Counted from the first letter of the stretch, positions 30,707 through 41,464 are shown. The stretch is 64,000 nucleotides of DNA from an uncultured candidate division Zixibacteria bacterium (GCA_963735035.1 CAVTJJ010000004.1:448001-512000); one strand, 5' to 3'. Numbers and translations: made by a program. Notes: generated from the sequence alone by a model not told the origin.

Positions 30707-30973
30707 ACGTCAATATATCGACTTCGGTTTCGAAAATCAAAGGGAAAACTGTAAACGGTCCCAAAAATATTTCGAGGTCGCGTCCCGGGGGGTTCAATTT
30801 CGGCCTGGCGTACCGACAGGTACGCCGAAACGACCCTCCGACGACGAGGTTTCTTTGCTTCAAGTGTTGTCCTTCCAGCAAGTTAGGACTGTATCAACGG
30901 GCCGGCACGAAGCTTGATCCCGGTATTAGCGAAAAGCAAAATTAATTCCTCGATGGAAAGGAGATAGTCCGCA

Positions 30974-32128
30974 ATGTTCAGAAGAATAGTAATACCGTTC
31001 GCGCTGACGGCGCTGTCGATTTGGGCCGCCGGCTGCTCGAAAAACCCGGCGAATCCGGCCGCTGACGCGACTCCGGCCGCGACCCAGGATTTCGGAGGCT
31101 ACACAGCCACTAATGAGGCTCCGGCTTTCGGAGATCAGGAACTACTGAATACTCAGGGCTCGGGAGAAGAAGTGTCCGACCCGATCTTAAGCAGTCCGAC
31201 CACCCTGGAAGTCGTCAATGACGTCAATGCCGGCATCTTCCATTTCCGGGCTGTCTGGGGACGGATACCGTACGATTCCACGATTACAACTGTCACCGAC
31301 TGGACCGGCTCACTGACAATTTCTCGCGGCGCCATCGTGTTGCGGAGAGTGATTCAATTTGAGCTGGGTCAGGATTACATCCTGCCGCGCACCGACCGTA
31401 CCCTGCTACAGTGGGTATCGTTCACCGGGCCGCATCATGACGGCGTAGCGGTCGATCTGTTTGTGCCGCCCGCGCCGCCGACTTTCGACAGCAGCTGGGT
31501 TCCTGCTGACGGTGACTCTGTGCTCGTGATCGACACAATACCGGCTACACCTGTAACGCTTACTTTCGCTACCGGTCCTTACACCAGGACCTTCACACTG
31601 GCTGAATTGGCCTCGCTGGATGAAGTGATTACGCTTGAAGACGGCAACAGTGTGGCGTTTCAGAGTATCCAGATATTCCGCAATGTCTGTCCGCGCGGAG
31701 TACTCGCAGGTAAGTGGGGATATGACGAAGAGGGCAAGGGCATATTCAAAGGATTCTGGATGTCTGGCGCCGGCCATCTGGTTGGCCATCTCGAAGGCAA
31801 CTTCGGTCAGGACAGTCTGGGCGTGAATGTGTTCTTCGGCAAGTGGATTGATGCCTCAGGTCAGTTCCAGGGATTCCTTCGTGGCACCTGGGGCCACAAG
31901 CCTCCGACTGCCAATGACGACTCCCGCGGGAAAGGGCCGGGTGGATGGTTTGCCGGCGGAATTTTCGACGGGAACGGCAATGAGATCGGAGTACTGGCCG
32001 GTCGGTTCCACAGCTCCAAGAAGTTGGACGACGGCTGGTTCCAGGCCCGTTGGAAGCTTACTTGCCCCAACGTGGAAGATGACAACAGCTCTTTCGGCTC
32101 CTCGGAAGACGCTATTGCGGTGAACTAA
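30974..32128 (+). CDS. Hypothetical lipoprotein with Gly/aromatic beta-rich C-terminus
   Basis: WAAGC lipobox; AAGGAG RBS; repeated G.F.G.W motifs. Confidence 0.65.
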   Translation: MFRRIVIPFALTALSIWAAGCSKNPANPAADATPAATQDFGGYTATNEAPAFGDQELLNTQGSGEEVSDPILSSPTTLEVVNDVNAGIFHFRAVWGRIPYDSTITTVTDWTGSLTISRGAIVLRRVIQFELGQDYILPRTDRTLLQWVSFTGPHHDGVAVDLFVPPAPPTFDSSWVPADGDSVLVIDTIPATPVTLTFATGPYTRTFTLAELASLDEVITLEDGNSVAFQSIQIFRNVCPRGVLAGKWGYDEEGKGIFKGFWMSGAGHLVGHLEGNFGQDSLGVNVFFGKWIDASGQFQGFLRGTWGHKPPTANDDSRGKGPGGWFAGGIFDGNGNEIGVLAGRFHSSKKLDDGWFQARWKLTCPNVEDDNSSFGSSEDAIAVN

Positions 32129-32171
32129 GCTGCCGGATACTGATAGAATCATAGCCTATGGCTATATCGTT

Positions 32172-32208
32172 CAGGCCGGTCCGCCGTTGCGGGCCGGCCT
32201 CTTCTTTT
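32172..32208 (+). terminator. Rho-independent terminator
   Basis: AGGCCGGTCCGC-CGTT-GCGGGCCGGCCT-CTTCTTTT. Confidence 0.7.
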
Positions 32209-32346
32209 GGAAACAAACGCTCAGGCGGGAAACAATCTCTGCGCCAGGGGTGTTAAACAGAACGGGAACAGTTCGTATCCCTCCTGTCTCTGTCCTTGTG
32301 GACAGTCGCGTACCGGGCGGGGCTTGGCGGAGCCCCTCCCGGATCT

Positions 32347-33189
32347 TTATTTTAGCTGGTCAGTGACAACTTGAATCAGGGAATCGACCGGATATTGTCC
32401 GACAAGCTTAGGTCGAATCTGCTGATAAAGCTTCAACGCTTCTTGCTTCTTAGCCTTTTCCGGCTGGGCGGCGAGAATATTCGCCAGGTTCAGTTGAAGC
32501 GACGCATTGGGTGGGTTCTCTTGCTCCACCACGGACCTCATGATTCCTTCGGCCTGTCTGTTTCGCCCCGCATAGGACAGAAGCAGCGCCTTGTTAACAA
32601 GAAACGGATTGAGGGGTCCGAACCGGACCACGGCGGAGTCGAGAATCTCAATGGCGGCGTCCAGTGAATCATACTGCGCCGCCCAGGTAGCCGCCTGAAG
32701 GTAGATGGCCTGGTTGCTGGTACCGTGCTGGATAGCGCGGCGGGCATGAAAGAACGCTCGTGGTTGGTCGCCGTTCTTGAGCCAGAGGTCGGCCAATTGT
32801 TCATGCCATTTGTCATCACTATCGCCCATCTCGATCATGGCCTCGATCGCGTTGATACCGTTCTGCCAGTCACCCAGCGCCACGGCAACTTCAAGGATCT
32901 TCTCGTTGAGAGCCCGGTCGCCGGGATGCATCAAATCGGCCCGCTTGAGATAGTAGATGGTCGAATCGAGACGGGAATCCCGCCGATAAGCCTCGGCCAC
33001 CCCGATCAAAGACTCCTTGTCGGAATTGTCCTTTTCGAGCGCCTGGAGATAGTATTCCCGCGCTTTGGCAAATTCCTTCTTGTCGAGCGCTTCTTTGCCG
33101 GACGCGCGAAGGTCTTCGACCGAGCGAGAACACCCGGACAACACGAGCGCGGCTAAGATCAACAAACCTAGTAAGATTCTATTACGCAT
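32347..33189 (-). CDS. TPR-repeat lipoprotein
   Basis: LSGC lipobox; TPR-like helical repeats (A..YY.QALE.D). Confidence 0.7.
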   Translation of the reverse strand: MRNRILLGLLILAALVLSGCSRSVEDLRASGKEALDKKEFAKAREYYLQALEKDNSDKESLIGVAEAYRRDSRLDSTIYYLKRADLMHPGDRALNEKILEVAVALGDWQNGINAIEAMIEMGDSDDKWHEQLADLWLKNGDQPRAFFHARRAIQHGTSNQAIYLQAATWAAQYDSLDAAIEILDSAVVRFGPLNPFLVNKALLLSYAGRNRQAEGIMRSVVEQENPPNASLQLNLANILAAQPEKAKKQEALKLYQQIRPKLVGQYPVDSLIQVVTDQLK

Positions 33190-33547
33190 ATTACACATCC
33201 TGATTGACTGGCATTATACGACAATCCGGTCAGTAATTCAATATACCTGCCCGCTTGTCCGTGGTTCCCGGTTCTCCGCCCGGGGAGAATTTGAGATAGC
33301 TTCGTTTCGGTCAGCGCGAGGCTCGTCCGCGCCTCGCGGGCGGGACTTGGCGATCTCGAATGTCGCTAAGTGCCCGGCAGATGCCCACATCTGCCAGCTC
33401 GTATTGATGACGGTGAATCGGGATTGCCACGCTACGCTACCCCGCCTCGCGGCGGGTCAGCTCCACTCGCAATGACCGGGGAACAGGCTCCTTTTGTGTA
33501 AGCTCCGGTTCGGGTTGACAGGCCATTTGGTTCGAGTAGATTGCCGT

Positions 33548-34453
33548 ATGGCCGAAACCGAAAGTCAATTGACCACCGCCAGAGTATTGGCGCTGACCCA
33601 GTTCTGCGGCGTAACGCCCCGACTGTTCGACGTGCTCATGCGCCGTTTCCAAACTCTGGATGGGGTTTTTGGCGCCAGTCGTTCCGCTTATGTGGAGATC
33701 GATGGGATCCCGCAAGCCCAGGTAGCCAAGTTAGCCAAGGCATCCAACCGTCTGGCTGACGCGGAAGCTATGATGACGGCACTGACCGCCCGCGGCATCG
33801 AACTGATAACCCGATTCGACGATGCCTACTGTCACCTCCTGTTTGAACTGAATGACCCGCCGGTGCTGTTGTTTGTCCGAGGTAGTGTTATTGATACGTC
33901 CCGACGAACCATCGCGGTGGTAGGGACCAGCAAGGCCACTGCCGAGGGGATAGAATCGACATCGCGTCTGGTCAAGGAATTGGTAAGCCGCGATGTGCAA
34001 ATTGTCTCGTCGCTTCGGGGCGGGATCGATACGGCGGTTCATTTGGCCGCGCGTGCTGTCGGAGGAAAATCGTACGCGGTGATCGACTGCGGCATCGACC
34101 ACATCGATCAGAGCGAAGGTGTCCCGGTGGCGATTGATATCGCGCGGTCGGGTGGTGTTATTTCCGAATACGCACCCGACGTGACCGTTGGGCCGAAGAG
34201 TATGTCAGCATCCAATAGATTGATAATCGGACTGGCTCAGGCGGTGGTGGTCACCGAAGTCTACGCCGCTTCCGCTCGGACGCTGGACTTGTTGGGCGCC
34301 TGTCGCGATATTGGAAAACTTACATTTCTCATGGTCGATCCGCGCCATGGAGCGCTTTCCGACGCCTATAGCCTGGCCGCAGCCCATGATTACGGAGCAA
34401 TCCCGATAGATGGACTGACCAAGGTCAACGATATTGTCAAATCCCTGGTGTGA
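33548..34453 (+). CDS. Second, divergent DprA/Smf-like protein
   Basis: DPPVLLFVRG, IAVVGT, VSSLRGGID.AVH, VISEY, NRLIIGLA.AVVV.E; no C-terminal winged helix. Confidence 0.75.
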   Translation: MAETESQLTTARVLALTQFCGVTPRLFDVLMRRFQTLDGVFGASRSAYVEIDGIPQAQVAKLAKASNRLADAEAMMTALTARGIELITRFDDAYCHLLFELNDPPVLLFVRGSVIDTSRRTIAVVGTSKATAEGIESTSRLVKELVSRDVQIVSSLRGGIDTAVHLAARAVGGKSYAVIDCGIDHIDQSEGVPVAIDIARSGGVISEYAPDVTVGPKSMSASNRLIIGLAQAVVVTEVYAASARTLDLLGACRDIGKLTFLMVDPRHGALSDAYSLAAAHDYGAIPIDGLTKVNDIVKSLV

Positions 34454-34463
34454 GCCAGAAACT

Positions 34464-35075
34464 GTGGACGACACCTACCTGACAATCGAGCGAGAAGCCC
34501 GCGCCGAGATCAAAGAAAAGGGATCGCGCTTTATTGCTGAATCGTTTCTTGCGGTCTCGCTCGACGAGGCTCTGGCGAAACTGGAGATGGTGCGAAAGCG
34601 GGAGTTTCAGGCGACGCATCACTGCTATGCCTATCTGATAGGTACAACTGGAGCGCCGCTGTTCAAGTATTCCGACGACGGCGAACCCAGCGGCACGGCG
34701 GGCAAACCGATTTATGATCTGGCCGCCGGCCGGAATCTGACCAACTTGCTCATAGTCGTAACAAGATATTTCGGCGGGACCAAGCTCGGCACAGGGGGAT
34801 TGGCGCACGCTTACGCAGACGCCACACGCGCTGTGCTGGAAAATTCCGGAGTGCGGACTAATTTCCTGACGCATCACTATCAATTCACGCTTGAGTTTCC
34901 ACAATACGATTCCTGGCTGCGGGAACTGCACCGACTCGAAGCGCGGATTGTGGATTCACAATTTACCGAACGGGTAAGCATGTCGGTTGAGATTCGCCGC
35001 AGTCGAGCCACCGAGTTGACCGAGCGATACATTGAGCTGACCGCAGGAAAGGGACGCTTTGAGAAGATCGACTGA
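34464..35075 (+). CDS. YigZ/IMPACT-family protein
   Basis: EKGSRFI, ATHHCYAY, SDDGEPSGTAG, VTRYFGGTKLGTGGL..AY. Confidence 0.9.
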   Translation: MDDTYLTIEREARAEIKEKGSRFIAESFLAVSLDEALAKLEMVRKREFQATHHCYAYLIGTTGAPLFKYSDDGEPSGTAGKPIYDLAAGRNLTNLLIVVTRYFGGTKLGTGGLAHAYADATRAVLENSGVRTNFLTHHYQFTLEFPQYDSWLRELHRLEARIVDSQFTERVSMSVEIRRSRATELTERYIELTAGKGRFEKID

Positions 35076-35997
35076 CAAATCAGATACCGTCCGGCGAGTC
35101 GACTGCCTCGGGCTGGGGATCATGCCGCTCGATTTTCTCCTGGAGATAAGTGATTACCCACCTCCCGGTGGCAAGAGGGACGCATCAGCCCTGACCATCC
35201 AGTCGGGCGGGCCAGTGCCCAATGTTCTGGTCGGTTTGCAGCGGTTGGGACATACAACAGCGTTGATTACAGCCGTAGCTCCCGATCTGGTCGGTCGACA
35301 AAGTGCAGAGGAGACCGCCCGCGAAGGCGTGGACATGCGCCATCTGGTCTGGAAGAAAGGTTCCTCACTTATGGCGGGGGGGTTCGTGGAGCGTGGCTCA
35401 GGGCGGAGAACGATTGTCCTCAGTCGGTCGATCCATGTCTCGCCGCGCGACGTGATTGTTGAGAAGCTGCCCATACCAAGACTGATTCATCTCGACGGGC
35501 GCGATCTGGGCGCGTGTATCAAATTGGCGCGGTGGGGACGAAAAGTCGGCGCGGTGATTTGTTTCGATATTGGCTCGATGCGCAACGATGTGTCGCCCAT
35601 CTTCCCATTGGTGGATCATCTGGTGGTAGCCGATTCATATGCGCTCCCGTTCACGCGGAGTCGCACCGCACGGCAAGCGGTGAACTGTCTGAAATCACGT
35701 TGTCCTGGCACGGTGGTAGTCACAGAAGGAACCGAAGGATCGCTGGGTCTGGAAAATGGTGTCTGGGTGAAACAGCGGGCGTTCTGCGTAAAGAACGTCG
35801 ATACCACCGGGGCGGGCGATGCGTACCACACAGGATATATGTATGGCTTGCTGCATGGCTATGATCTCGCGGAGCGGATGCATTTCGGGGCGGCCGTGGC
35901 GGCCTTGAAATGTACCAAGCCGGGGGCGCGATCCGGCGCCCCAACGATGCCGCAAGTGCGAGGGTTCCTAAGAGGCAATCCGAGGATGTATGCTTGA
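35059..35997 (+). CDS. PfkB-family sugar kinase
   Basis: GGPVPN, VTEGTEG, VDTTGAGDAYH. Confidence 0.82.
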   Translation: MRRSTDKSDTVRRVDCLGLGIMPLDFLLEISDYPPPGGKRDASALTIQSGGPVPNVLVGLQRLGHTTALITAVAPDLVGRQSAEETAREGVDMRHLVWKKGSSLMAGGFVERGSGRRTIVLSRSIHVSPRDVIVEKLPIPRLIHLDGRDLGACIKLARWGRKVGAVICFDIGSMRNDVSPIFPLVDHLVVADSYALPFTRSRTARQAVNCLKSRCPGTVVVTEGTEGSLGLENGVWVKQRAFCVKNVDTTGAGDAYHTGYMYGLLHGYDLAERMHFGAAVAALKCTKPGARSGAPTMPQVRGFLRGNPRMYA

Positions 35998-36544
35998 TAT
36001 CCTGGCCAATATCGATACACAGGTATTTCTGTTCTTCAACGTGACACTCGCCAATCCGGTCACGAATTTCATCATGCCGATTATCACATCGGACTGGATG
36101 CTTCGTATCCTGTACGCGATTGCGGTTGTGATTATGCTGATATTCGGCAAGGCCCGTCTGCGCTGGGCGGTGCTGTGCTCGGTCATCGTGCTGGTGTTGA
36201 CAGATCAGATTTCGGCCGGGGTCCTGAAACCACTGTTTGGCCGCCTGCGGCCGTGTCAGGTGCTTGAAGGGATCAACCTGCTCGTCACTTGTGGTGGTGG
36301 GAAATCGATGCCGTCGTCACATGCCGCCAACTCGTTCGGCCAGGCGGTGCTGTTTAGTCTTTTGTTTCCGGCGGTGCGATGGCCGTTGATAATCTTCGCG
36401 GCGCTCGTGGCGATGAGTCGGGTGATGGTGGGAGTACATTATCCGTTCGATATTATCGCCGGGGCGATTCTCGGTGCTTTGATAGGCTGGGCCGCCGCGA
36501 AAGCGACCCGCCTGATTCCGGTGTGGAAGACCAAAACCACTTAG
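35990..36544 (+). CDS. PAP2-family membrane phosphatase
   Basis: K...GRLRP, SMPSSH, SRVMVGVHYPFDI. Confidence 0.88.
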   Translation: MLDILANIDTQVFLFFNVTLANPVTNFIMPIITSDWMLRILYAIAVVIMLIFGKARLRWAVLCSVIVLVLTDQISAGVLKPLFGRLRPCQVLEGINLLVTCGGGKSMPSSHAANSFGQAVLFSLLFPAVRWPLIIFAALVAMSRVMVGVHYPFDIIAGAILGALIGWAAAKATRLIPVWKTKTT

Positions 36545-36555
36545 GTATTGATAGT

Positions 36556-37080
36556 ATGCCGGTAACTATGGAAGTGGTGCACGGCGATATCACTGTCGCC
36601 TACACCGACGCGATTGTAAACGCCGCCAACAATCATTTGTGGATGGGGTCAGGTGTCGCCGGGGCAATCAAACAAAGAGGGGGCGATGTAATCGAGCAGG
36701 AAGCGGTTGCAAAGGGTCCCGTAATTCCGGGCGAAGCTGTCTTCACCGGAGCCGGAAGACTGCCATTCAGATATGTCATTCATGGTGCAGTGATGGGACA
36801 GGATTTGCGCACCAACGACCGCTTAATCCGCCAGACAACCATAGCCTGTCTCAACCTCGCCGACAAACTGGGTGTTGAGTCGATTGCCTTTCCGGCTTTC
36901 GGTACGGGGGTAGGTGGCTTTCCAATGCAGGCCTGTGCCAATATCATGATTGACGCCGTCCGCACCTGGAGCGATCTGGCCCGCAAAGTAAAACGCGTGC
37001 AGTTCTGTCTGTTTGATGAAATCGGGTACGGTTTGTTTAAGATGGCGCTCGCCCGGAAGCAGCCGACTGACGAGGGTTAG
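36556..37080 (+). CDS. Macro-domain protein (ADP-ribose binding/hydrolase)
   Basis: GDIT, DAIVNAAN, G.GVAGAI, IAFPAFGTGVGG. Confidence 0.9.
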   Translation: MPVTMEVVHGDITVAYTDAIVNAANNHLWMGSGVAGAIKQRGGDVIEQEAVAKGPVIPGEAVFTGAGRLPFRYVIHGAVMGQDLRTNDRLIRQTTIACLNLADKLGVESIAFPAFGTGVGGFPMQACANIMIDAVRTWSDLARKVKRVQFCLFDEIGYGLFKMALARKQPTDEG

Positions 37081-37095
37081 CGCAGAACCGTCGGG

Positions 37096-37644
37096 CTAAT
37101 TGGCCACTTTGGCTTTGAATTGCCCCTGGAAACTCAGAGTGTCGTGCAGGGCGTTCTCGTAATTTCCGTCAACGGTGCCGAACAGTTTATTCTTAACGAT
37201 CGAGTCGATCACCAAACGGCCGTCGATGGGGAAATACATTCGGCCCTCGTTGCCAACTTCATAGCGACCCAACTGTTGCACGAAAGAATTGCTCTTGAGA
37301 GTTATGGAATCGGGCCCCGGAGTCAAAGGCAACTGAAGAAAGAGGCGGAAACGTTCGTAGCGGTCGAAGCTCACGATGTCTTCCGGCCGTGAACCCATAT
37401 TCGCCCCCCGGGCGCCGGTTATGAGAACCAGGCAATTGGCATCGCCGCGGACCATCTTGTCCGTTGATGACGGATCGCCCAGCACTACCCCCATGAAATA
37501 CTCGGTCTTCTCGATCTTGATCTTAGAGCGGTGCCCCTCGTTGATCGTGAACATCTCCAACCGGTATCGGCTGGTACAGGCAGAGGCTACGGTCAGAATT
37601 ATCGCGACAATCGTCAGCACGGCCGCGTGTCGGTAAATGGACAT
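37096..37644 (-). CDS. Hypothetical lipoprotein
   Basis: Hydrophobic signal ending VASAC. Confidence 0.55.
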   Translation of the reverse strand: MSIYRHAAVLTIVAIILTVASACTSRYRLEMFTINEGHRSKIKIEKTEYFMGVVLGDPSSTDKMVRGDANCLVLITGARGANMGSRPEDIVSFDRYERFRLFLQLPLTPGPDSITLKSNSFVQQLGRYEVGNEGRMYFPIDGRLVIDSIVKNKLFGTVDGNYENALHDTLSFQGQFKAKVAN

Positions 37645-37689
37645 GTCAATGTGACGAAACGGCCGCATCTTTGTTCAGTCCTGAGACGA

Positions 37690-38817
37690 TTACAGGGGCA
37701 TTTCCATGACCCGGTAGCGTTTGTAAACGAAAGCCTGCATTTGCTCGACGCCATGACGCATGAGATCGTTGGTTTCGAGAATCCAGCTCAATTCACCCCA
37801 TTTGTATCCGTACTCGTGACCACGGCGCAGGGTCTCGGCGTAGAGCATCATATCCACGCCCAGCTTGCGGTACTCGGGGATGACGCCGAAGGTAATTAGG
37901 CGGCACTGGTCGACCTTGTTGCTCACTTTGGTGTGCCAGAGAAGCTTAAGTAGCCCTAGTGGCAACAGCCGTCCATCGAGCCGGATCAATGCCTGATTGA
38001 TATTGGGAATGGCCAGGGAGAAACCAACGGCCCGGCCTTCATGCTCGGCAATGCAGACAATGCGGGGATCAAGAATCTGTTTGAGGTTCTTGGCCAGGTG
38101 ATCGAATTCGGCCTCGTCCATCGGTACGAAGCCCCAGTTCTTGGCCCAGGCCTGATTGTAGACTTCCCGGATCAAGCGAACTTCACGCTCGAAGTTGTGC
38201 AAGTCGATGGAGCGAATCTTGACCCGACTGCGCGCCGCCCGGTAATCGACGACCTTCTTGATCCGATCGGTCAGGCCTAGATCGGTGGGGAGCTTGTACG
38301 CGAGCAGGTCCATCACCTTGCGCAAACCGAACTTCTCCGCCAGTTTGTGCTGGTACGGAAAGTTGTAGGTCATCATGACCATCGGCGGGCTGTCGAAACC
38401 TTCGACCAGAAAGCCGCACTCCTGGTTGGTGGTGAAATTCATGGGCCCGCGCATGCGATCCATGCCGACCTTCTTCAGTTCAATCATCGCCACTTTGAGC
38501 AGTTTGCGGGAGATTTCCTCGTCTTCGAGCGAGTCGAAGAATCCGAAGAATCCCGTGCGCTCGTCGTGATAATCGTTGTGGCGATAGCTTACGCAGGTCG
38601 CGATGCGTCCAACGACTTCTTCGCCACGCATGGCCAGAAAGAGCTGAGTCCGGGCCGTGCGGTAGAACGGATTGTTCTTGAAGTCGAAGAACTCTTTCCG
38701 TTCGACATACAACGGGGTGACATAATTCGGGTCATTGGCATAGAGCCGGTTGGGGAAGAGGATAAACTCTTTCAACTGGCGCGACGATTCGACTTCGACG
38801 ACGTTAATTTCAGACAT
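37690..38817 (-). CDS. GNAT-fold protein of the bacterial ceramide synthase (bCerS/YghO-like) family
   Basis: FILFPNRLYANDPNYVTPL, GRIA, GFFGFF, GP, GFLVEGF..PP..M.YN.PY, WGFVP, ELSWILETN; adjacent to an SPT-like gene. Confidence 0.7.
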   Translation of the reverse strand: MSEINVVEVESSRQLKEFILFPNRLYANDPNYVTPLYVERKEFFDFKNNPFYRTARTQLFLAMRGEEVVGRIATCVSYRHNDYHDERTGFFGFFDSLEDEEISRKLLKVAMIELKKVGMDRMRGPMNFTTNQECGFLVEGFDSPPMVMMTYNFPYQHKLAEKFGLRKVMDLLAYKLPTDLGLTDRIKKVVDYRAARSRVKIRSIDLHNFEREVRLIREVYNQAWAKNWGFVPMDEAEFDHLAKNLKQILDPRIVCIAEHEGRAVGFSLAIPNINQALIRLDGRLLPLGLLKLLWHTKVSNKVDQCRLITFGVIPEYRKLGVDMMLYAETLRRGHEYGYKWGELSWILETNDLMRHGVEQMQAFVYKRYRVMEMPL

Positions 38818-38825
38818 AGAGGCTA

Positions 38826-40049
38826 TTAAATCAGGCCGTGCTCGCGACCGACTTTAGCCATGACTTCGAGAACGCGGTCAAGCTGATCGTCGGTGTGAGT
38901 CGCGGTGTAAGAGGTGCGAATCATGGCTTGCCCCGGAGGCACCGCCGGCGAAACTACCGGGTTGGTGAACACGCCGTTATCGAAAAGCGCCTTCCAGAAC
39001 GTAAAGCAGGCCATGTCTTCACCTATCTTGAGCGGAATAATCGGAGTGGCAGTGTGACCGATATCGTAGCCGAGTCCCTTAAGTTCGCGCTGCATCTTGA
39101 GAGCGTTCTTCCAGAGTTTTTCGCGACGTTCCGGTTCGGCCTGGATAATATCCAGCGCCGCCAGCACGGCCGCGGCCGAGGAAGGTGTGATGGAAGCGGA
39201 GAAGATCAAGGCCCGGCCAAAGTGTTTGATATAATCGATGACTTCGTGTTTGCCGGCGATAAATCCGCCCTGTGAGGCGAACGACTTGGAAAACGTCCCC
39301 ATCGCCAGGTCGACCCGACCCTGCAGTCCGAAATGCTCGGCCGTGCCGGCTCCGGTCTTGCCGAGTACTCCGATAGAGTGAGCGTCGTCGACCATGGTTC
39401 TCGCCCCGTACTTCTCGGCCAAATTGACCAGGCCGGGGAGATCGATAATATCACCTTCCATGGAAAAGACGCCGTCCACCACGATCATGATTCCGCCCCG
39501 GGTATGAGTATTGCGGACATTGACCAGAACGCGTTCGAGGTCCTCCATGTCATTGTGGGCGAACTTGTAGGTCTTGCCGTACGAGAGACGGCAGGCGTCG
39601 ACAATACAGGCGTGCACCTGGCGGTCGATCACCAGGGCGTCGTTTTTGCCCGCCAGACAGGAAATCGTACCGAGATTGGTTTGAAAGCCGGTCGAAAAGA
39701 CGAGGGCCTCTTCGGCGTGCGCAAACTTCGCCAGTCGCTTCTGCAGTTCGAGATGCAGGTCGAGGGTACCGTTGAGAAAAGGCGAACCGGTACACCCGGC
39801 GCCGTATTTCTTGACAGCGGCCATGGCCGCTTCTTTGACCTTGGGGTGATTGACCAGACCCATGTAGTTATTGGAGCCGATCATGATGCACTTGCGGCCG
39901 TAGATAACCACCTCGTCACCCGCGCCGGACTCAATCGGATGGAAATAGGGATAAACCCCGGCAGCCCGCACTTGATTGGCGGTGGTAAATGAAGTGCACT
40001 TGTCAAAAATGTCGCCGTATGCGACTTGAACCTTGTCTGGCGCTTGCAA
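38826..40049 (-). CDS. PLP-dependent alpha-oxoamine synthase, likely serine palmitoyltransferase
   Basis: YPYF, GSNNYMGL, GCTGS.FLNGT, GFQTN, HA, DGVFSMEGD, DDAH, GTFSKS, IFSAS; TTG start after GAAGGAG. Confidence 0.75.
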   Translation of the reverse strand: MQAPDKVQVAYGDIFDKCTSFTTANQVRAAGVYPYFHPIESGAGDEVVIYGRKCIMIGSNNYMGLVNHPKVKEAAMAAVKKYGAGCTGSPFLNGTLDLHLELQKRLAKFAHAEEALVFSTGFQTNLGTISCLAGKNDALVIDRQVHACIVDACRLSYGKTYKFAHNDMEDLERVLVNVRNTHTRGGIMIVVDGVFSMEGDIIDLPGLVNLAEKYGARTMVDDAHSIGVLGKTGAGTAEHFGLQGRVDLAMGTFSKSFASQGGFIAGKHEVIDYIKHFGRALIFSASITPSSAAAVLAALDIIQAEPERREKLWKNALKMQRELKGLGYDIGHTATPIIPLKIGEDMACFTFWKALFDNGVFTNPVVSPAVPPGQAMIRTSYTATHTDDQLDRVLEVMAKVGREHGLI

Positions 40050-40337
40050 ACGAACTCCTTCAGGCAATCAGGTGGCAGACACTCGGCAGAAAAAACCGAT
40101 TCCGGTCCAAAAAGTCAAGTGATTAGGTACGACTGATTTGGGCAATGTTTCGACTCTAACTGCTTGCACTTCAACAAGGCTGGTGGGAAGAACTGCCATG
40201 TCAGGCATCCGCCGCACAGTCAGGCCCCAGGATTTCTCTCCTAATGTAGGCTGTTTTTCAAGGTGCGGATGCCCCTGACAGGCGAAAGCCGGAGCGTAGG
40301 CACTCCGGCTTCGCACACGGTTCGTGTCTTGACAGTA

Positions 40338-41426
40338 CTAGCCGTTGGCCTTCTTGAAATCCAGCATGAACCCGGCCAGTTTCTCGGCGCCTTCGATAGT
40401 CATCGCATTGTAGAGCGAAACTCTAATGCCGCCCACCGAGCGGTGACCCTTCAGTCCGACAAACCCGGCCTTCTTGGCTTCGCTGACGAACTTCTTTTCG
40501 AGGTCCTCGTTGGGCAACCGCAGGTTGATGTTCATCCAGCTACGGCTGTCTTTGTCCACCGTACCCTTGAAGAACTCAGGATACTTATCGATCAACTCGT
40601 AGATCTTCTCCTGCTTGGTCTGATTGACCTTTTCAACCGCGGCCAGCCCGCCCTGCCCTTTGATCCATTCCAGCACCAGCCGCATCACGTAGACCGTCAG
40701 CGACGGCGGCGTGTTGTAGAGCGACTTCTCTTTGGCGTGGGTGCGGTAATCGAACATGGTCGGGTTGCCGTTCTTGCACTTCTGAAGCAGGTCGTCGTGT
40801 ATGACTACCAGGACCAGTCCGGACGGTCCCAGGTTCTTCTGCGCGCCCGCATAAACCATCGCGTACTTGGTGAATTCCCAGCGCTTCGACATAATGTCGG
40901 ATGACATGTCGGCGATCAACGGCACTCCGGTCACTTTCGGGGTGGACTGCCATTGGGTGCCGAATATCGTGTTGTTCGTGGTGATGTGTAAGTAAGCGGC
41001 ATCGGCCGGTATCTTGATGTCGGCTTCTTTCGGAATATACCGATACTGATCCGCCTTGGAACTGACAACGACATGGGCGCCGCCCAGGATTTTGGCCTCT
41101 TTGATAGCCTTGTCCGCCCAGACCCCGCTATCGACATAGGCCCCGAGCTTGCCGCCGTATGCGAAATTCATCGGTACCAGCGCGAACTGGGTCGATGCAC
41201 CGCCGGTCATGAAGAGCACGTGAAACTTGTCGTTGAGACCCATCAACTCGCGCACCAGAGCGATGGTGGCGTCGTTGATCTCTTCGTACTCCGCCGAGCG
41301 GTGGGACATTTCCATCACGGACATCCCGGTGCCTTTGTAATCCAGTAATTCCTCCTGGACCTTCTTCAGGACTTCCAGGGGAAGGGTGGACGGCCCCGCA
41401 TTGAAATTGAATATTCTGTGTGCCAT
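40338..41426 (-). CDS. serC: Phosphoserine aminotransferase
   Basis: NFNAGPS.LP, EMSHR, GGA..QF, N.TI.G, DMSS, YAGAQKN.GPSG, NTPP, GHRSVGGIR. Confidence 0.95.
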   Translation of the reverse strand: MAHRIFNFNAGPSTLPLEVLKKVQEELLDYKGTGMSVMEMSHRSAEYEEINDATIALVRELMGLNDKFHVLFMTGGASTQFALVPMNFAYGGKLGAYVDSGVWADKAIKEAKILGGAHVVVSSKADQYRYIPKEADIKIPADAAYLHITTNNTIFGTQWQSTPKVTGVPLIADMSSDIMSKRWEFTKYAMVYAGAQKNLGPSGLVLVVIHDDLLQKCKNGNPTMFDYRTHAKEKSLYNTPPSLTVYVMRLVLEWIKGQGGLAAVEKVNQTKQEKIYELIDKYPEFFKGTVDKDSRSWMNINLRLPNEDLEKKFVSEAKKAGFVGLKGHRSVGGIRVSLYNAMTIEGAEKLAGFMLDFKKANG

Positions 41427-41464
41427 TGTTTATCGCCTCATAAAGGTCAGTGTATCGTCGTTAA

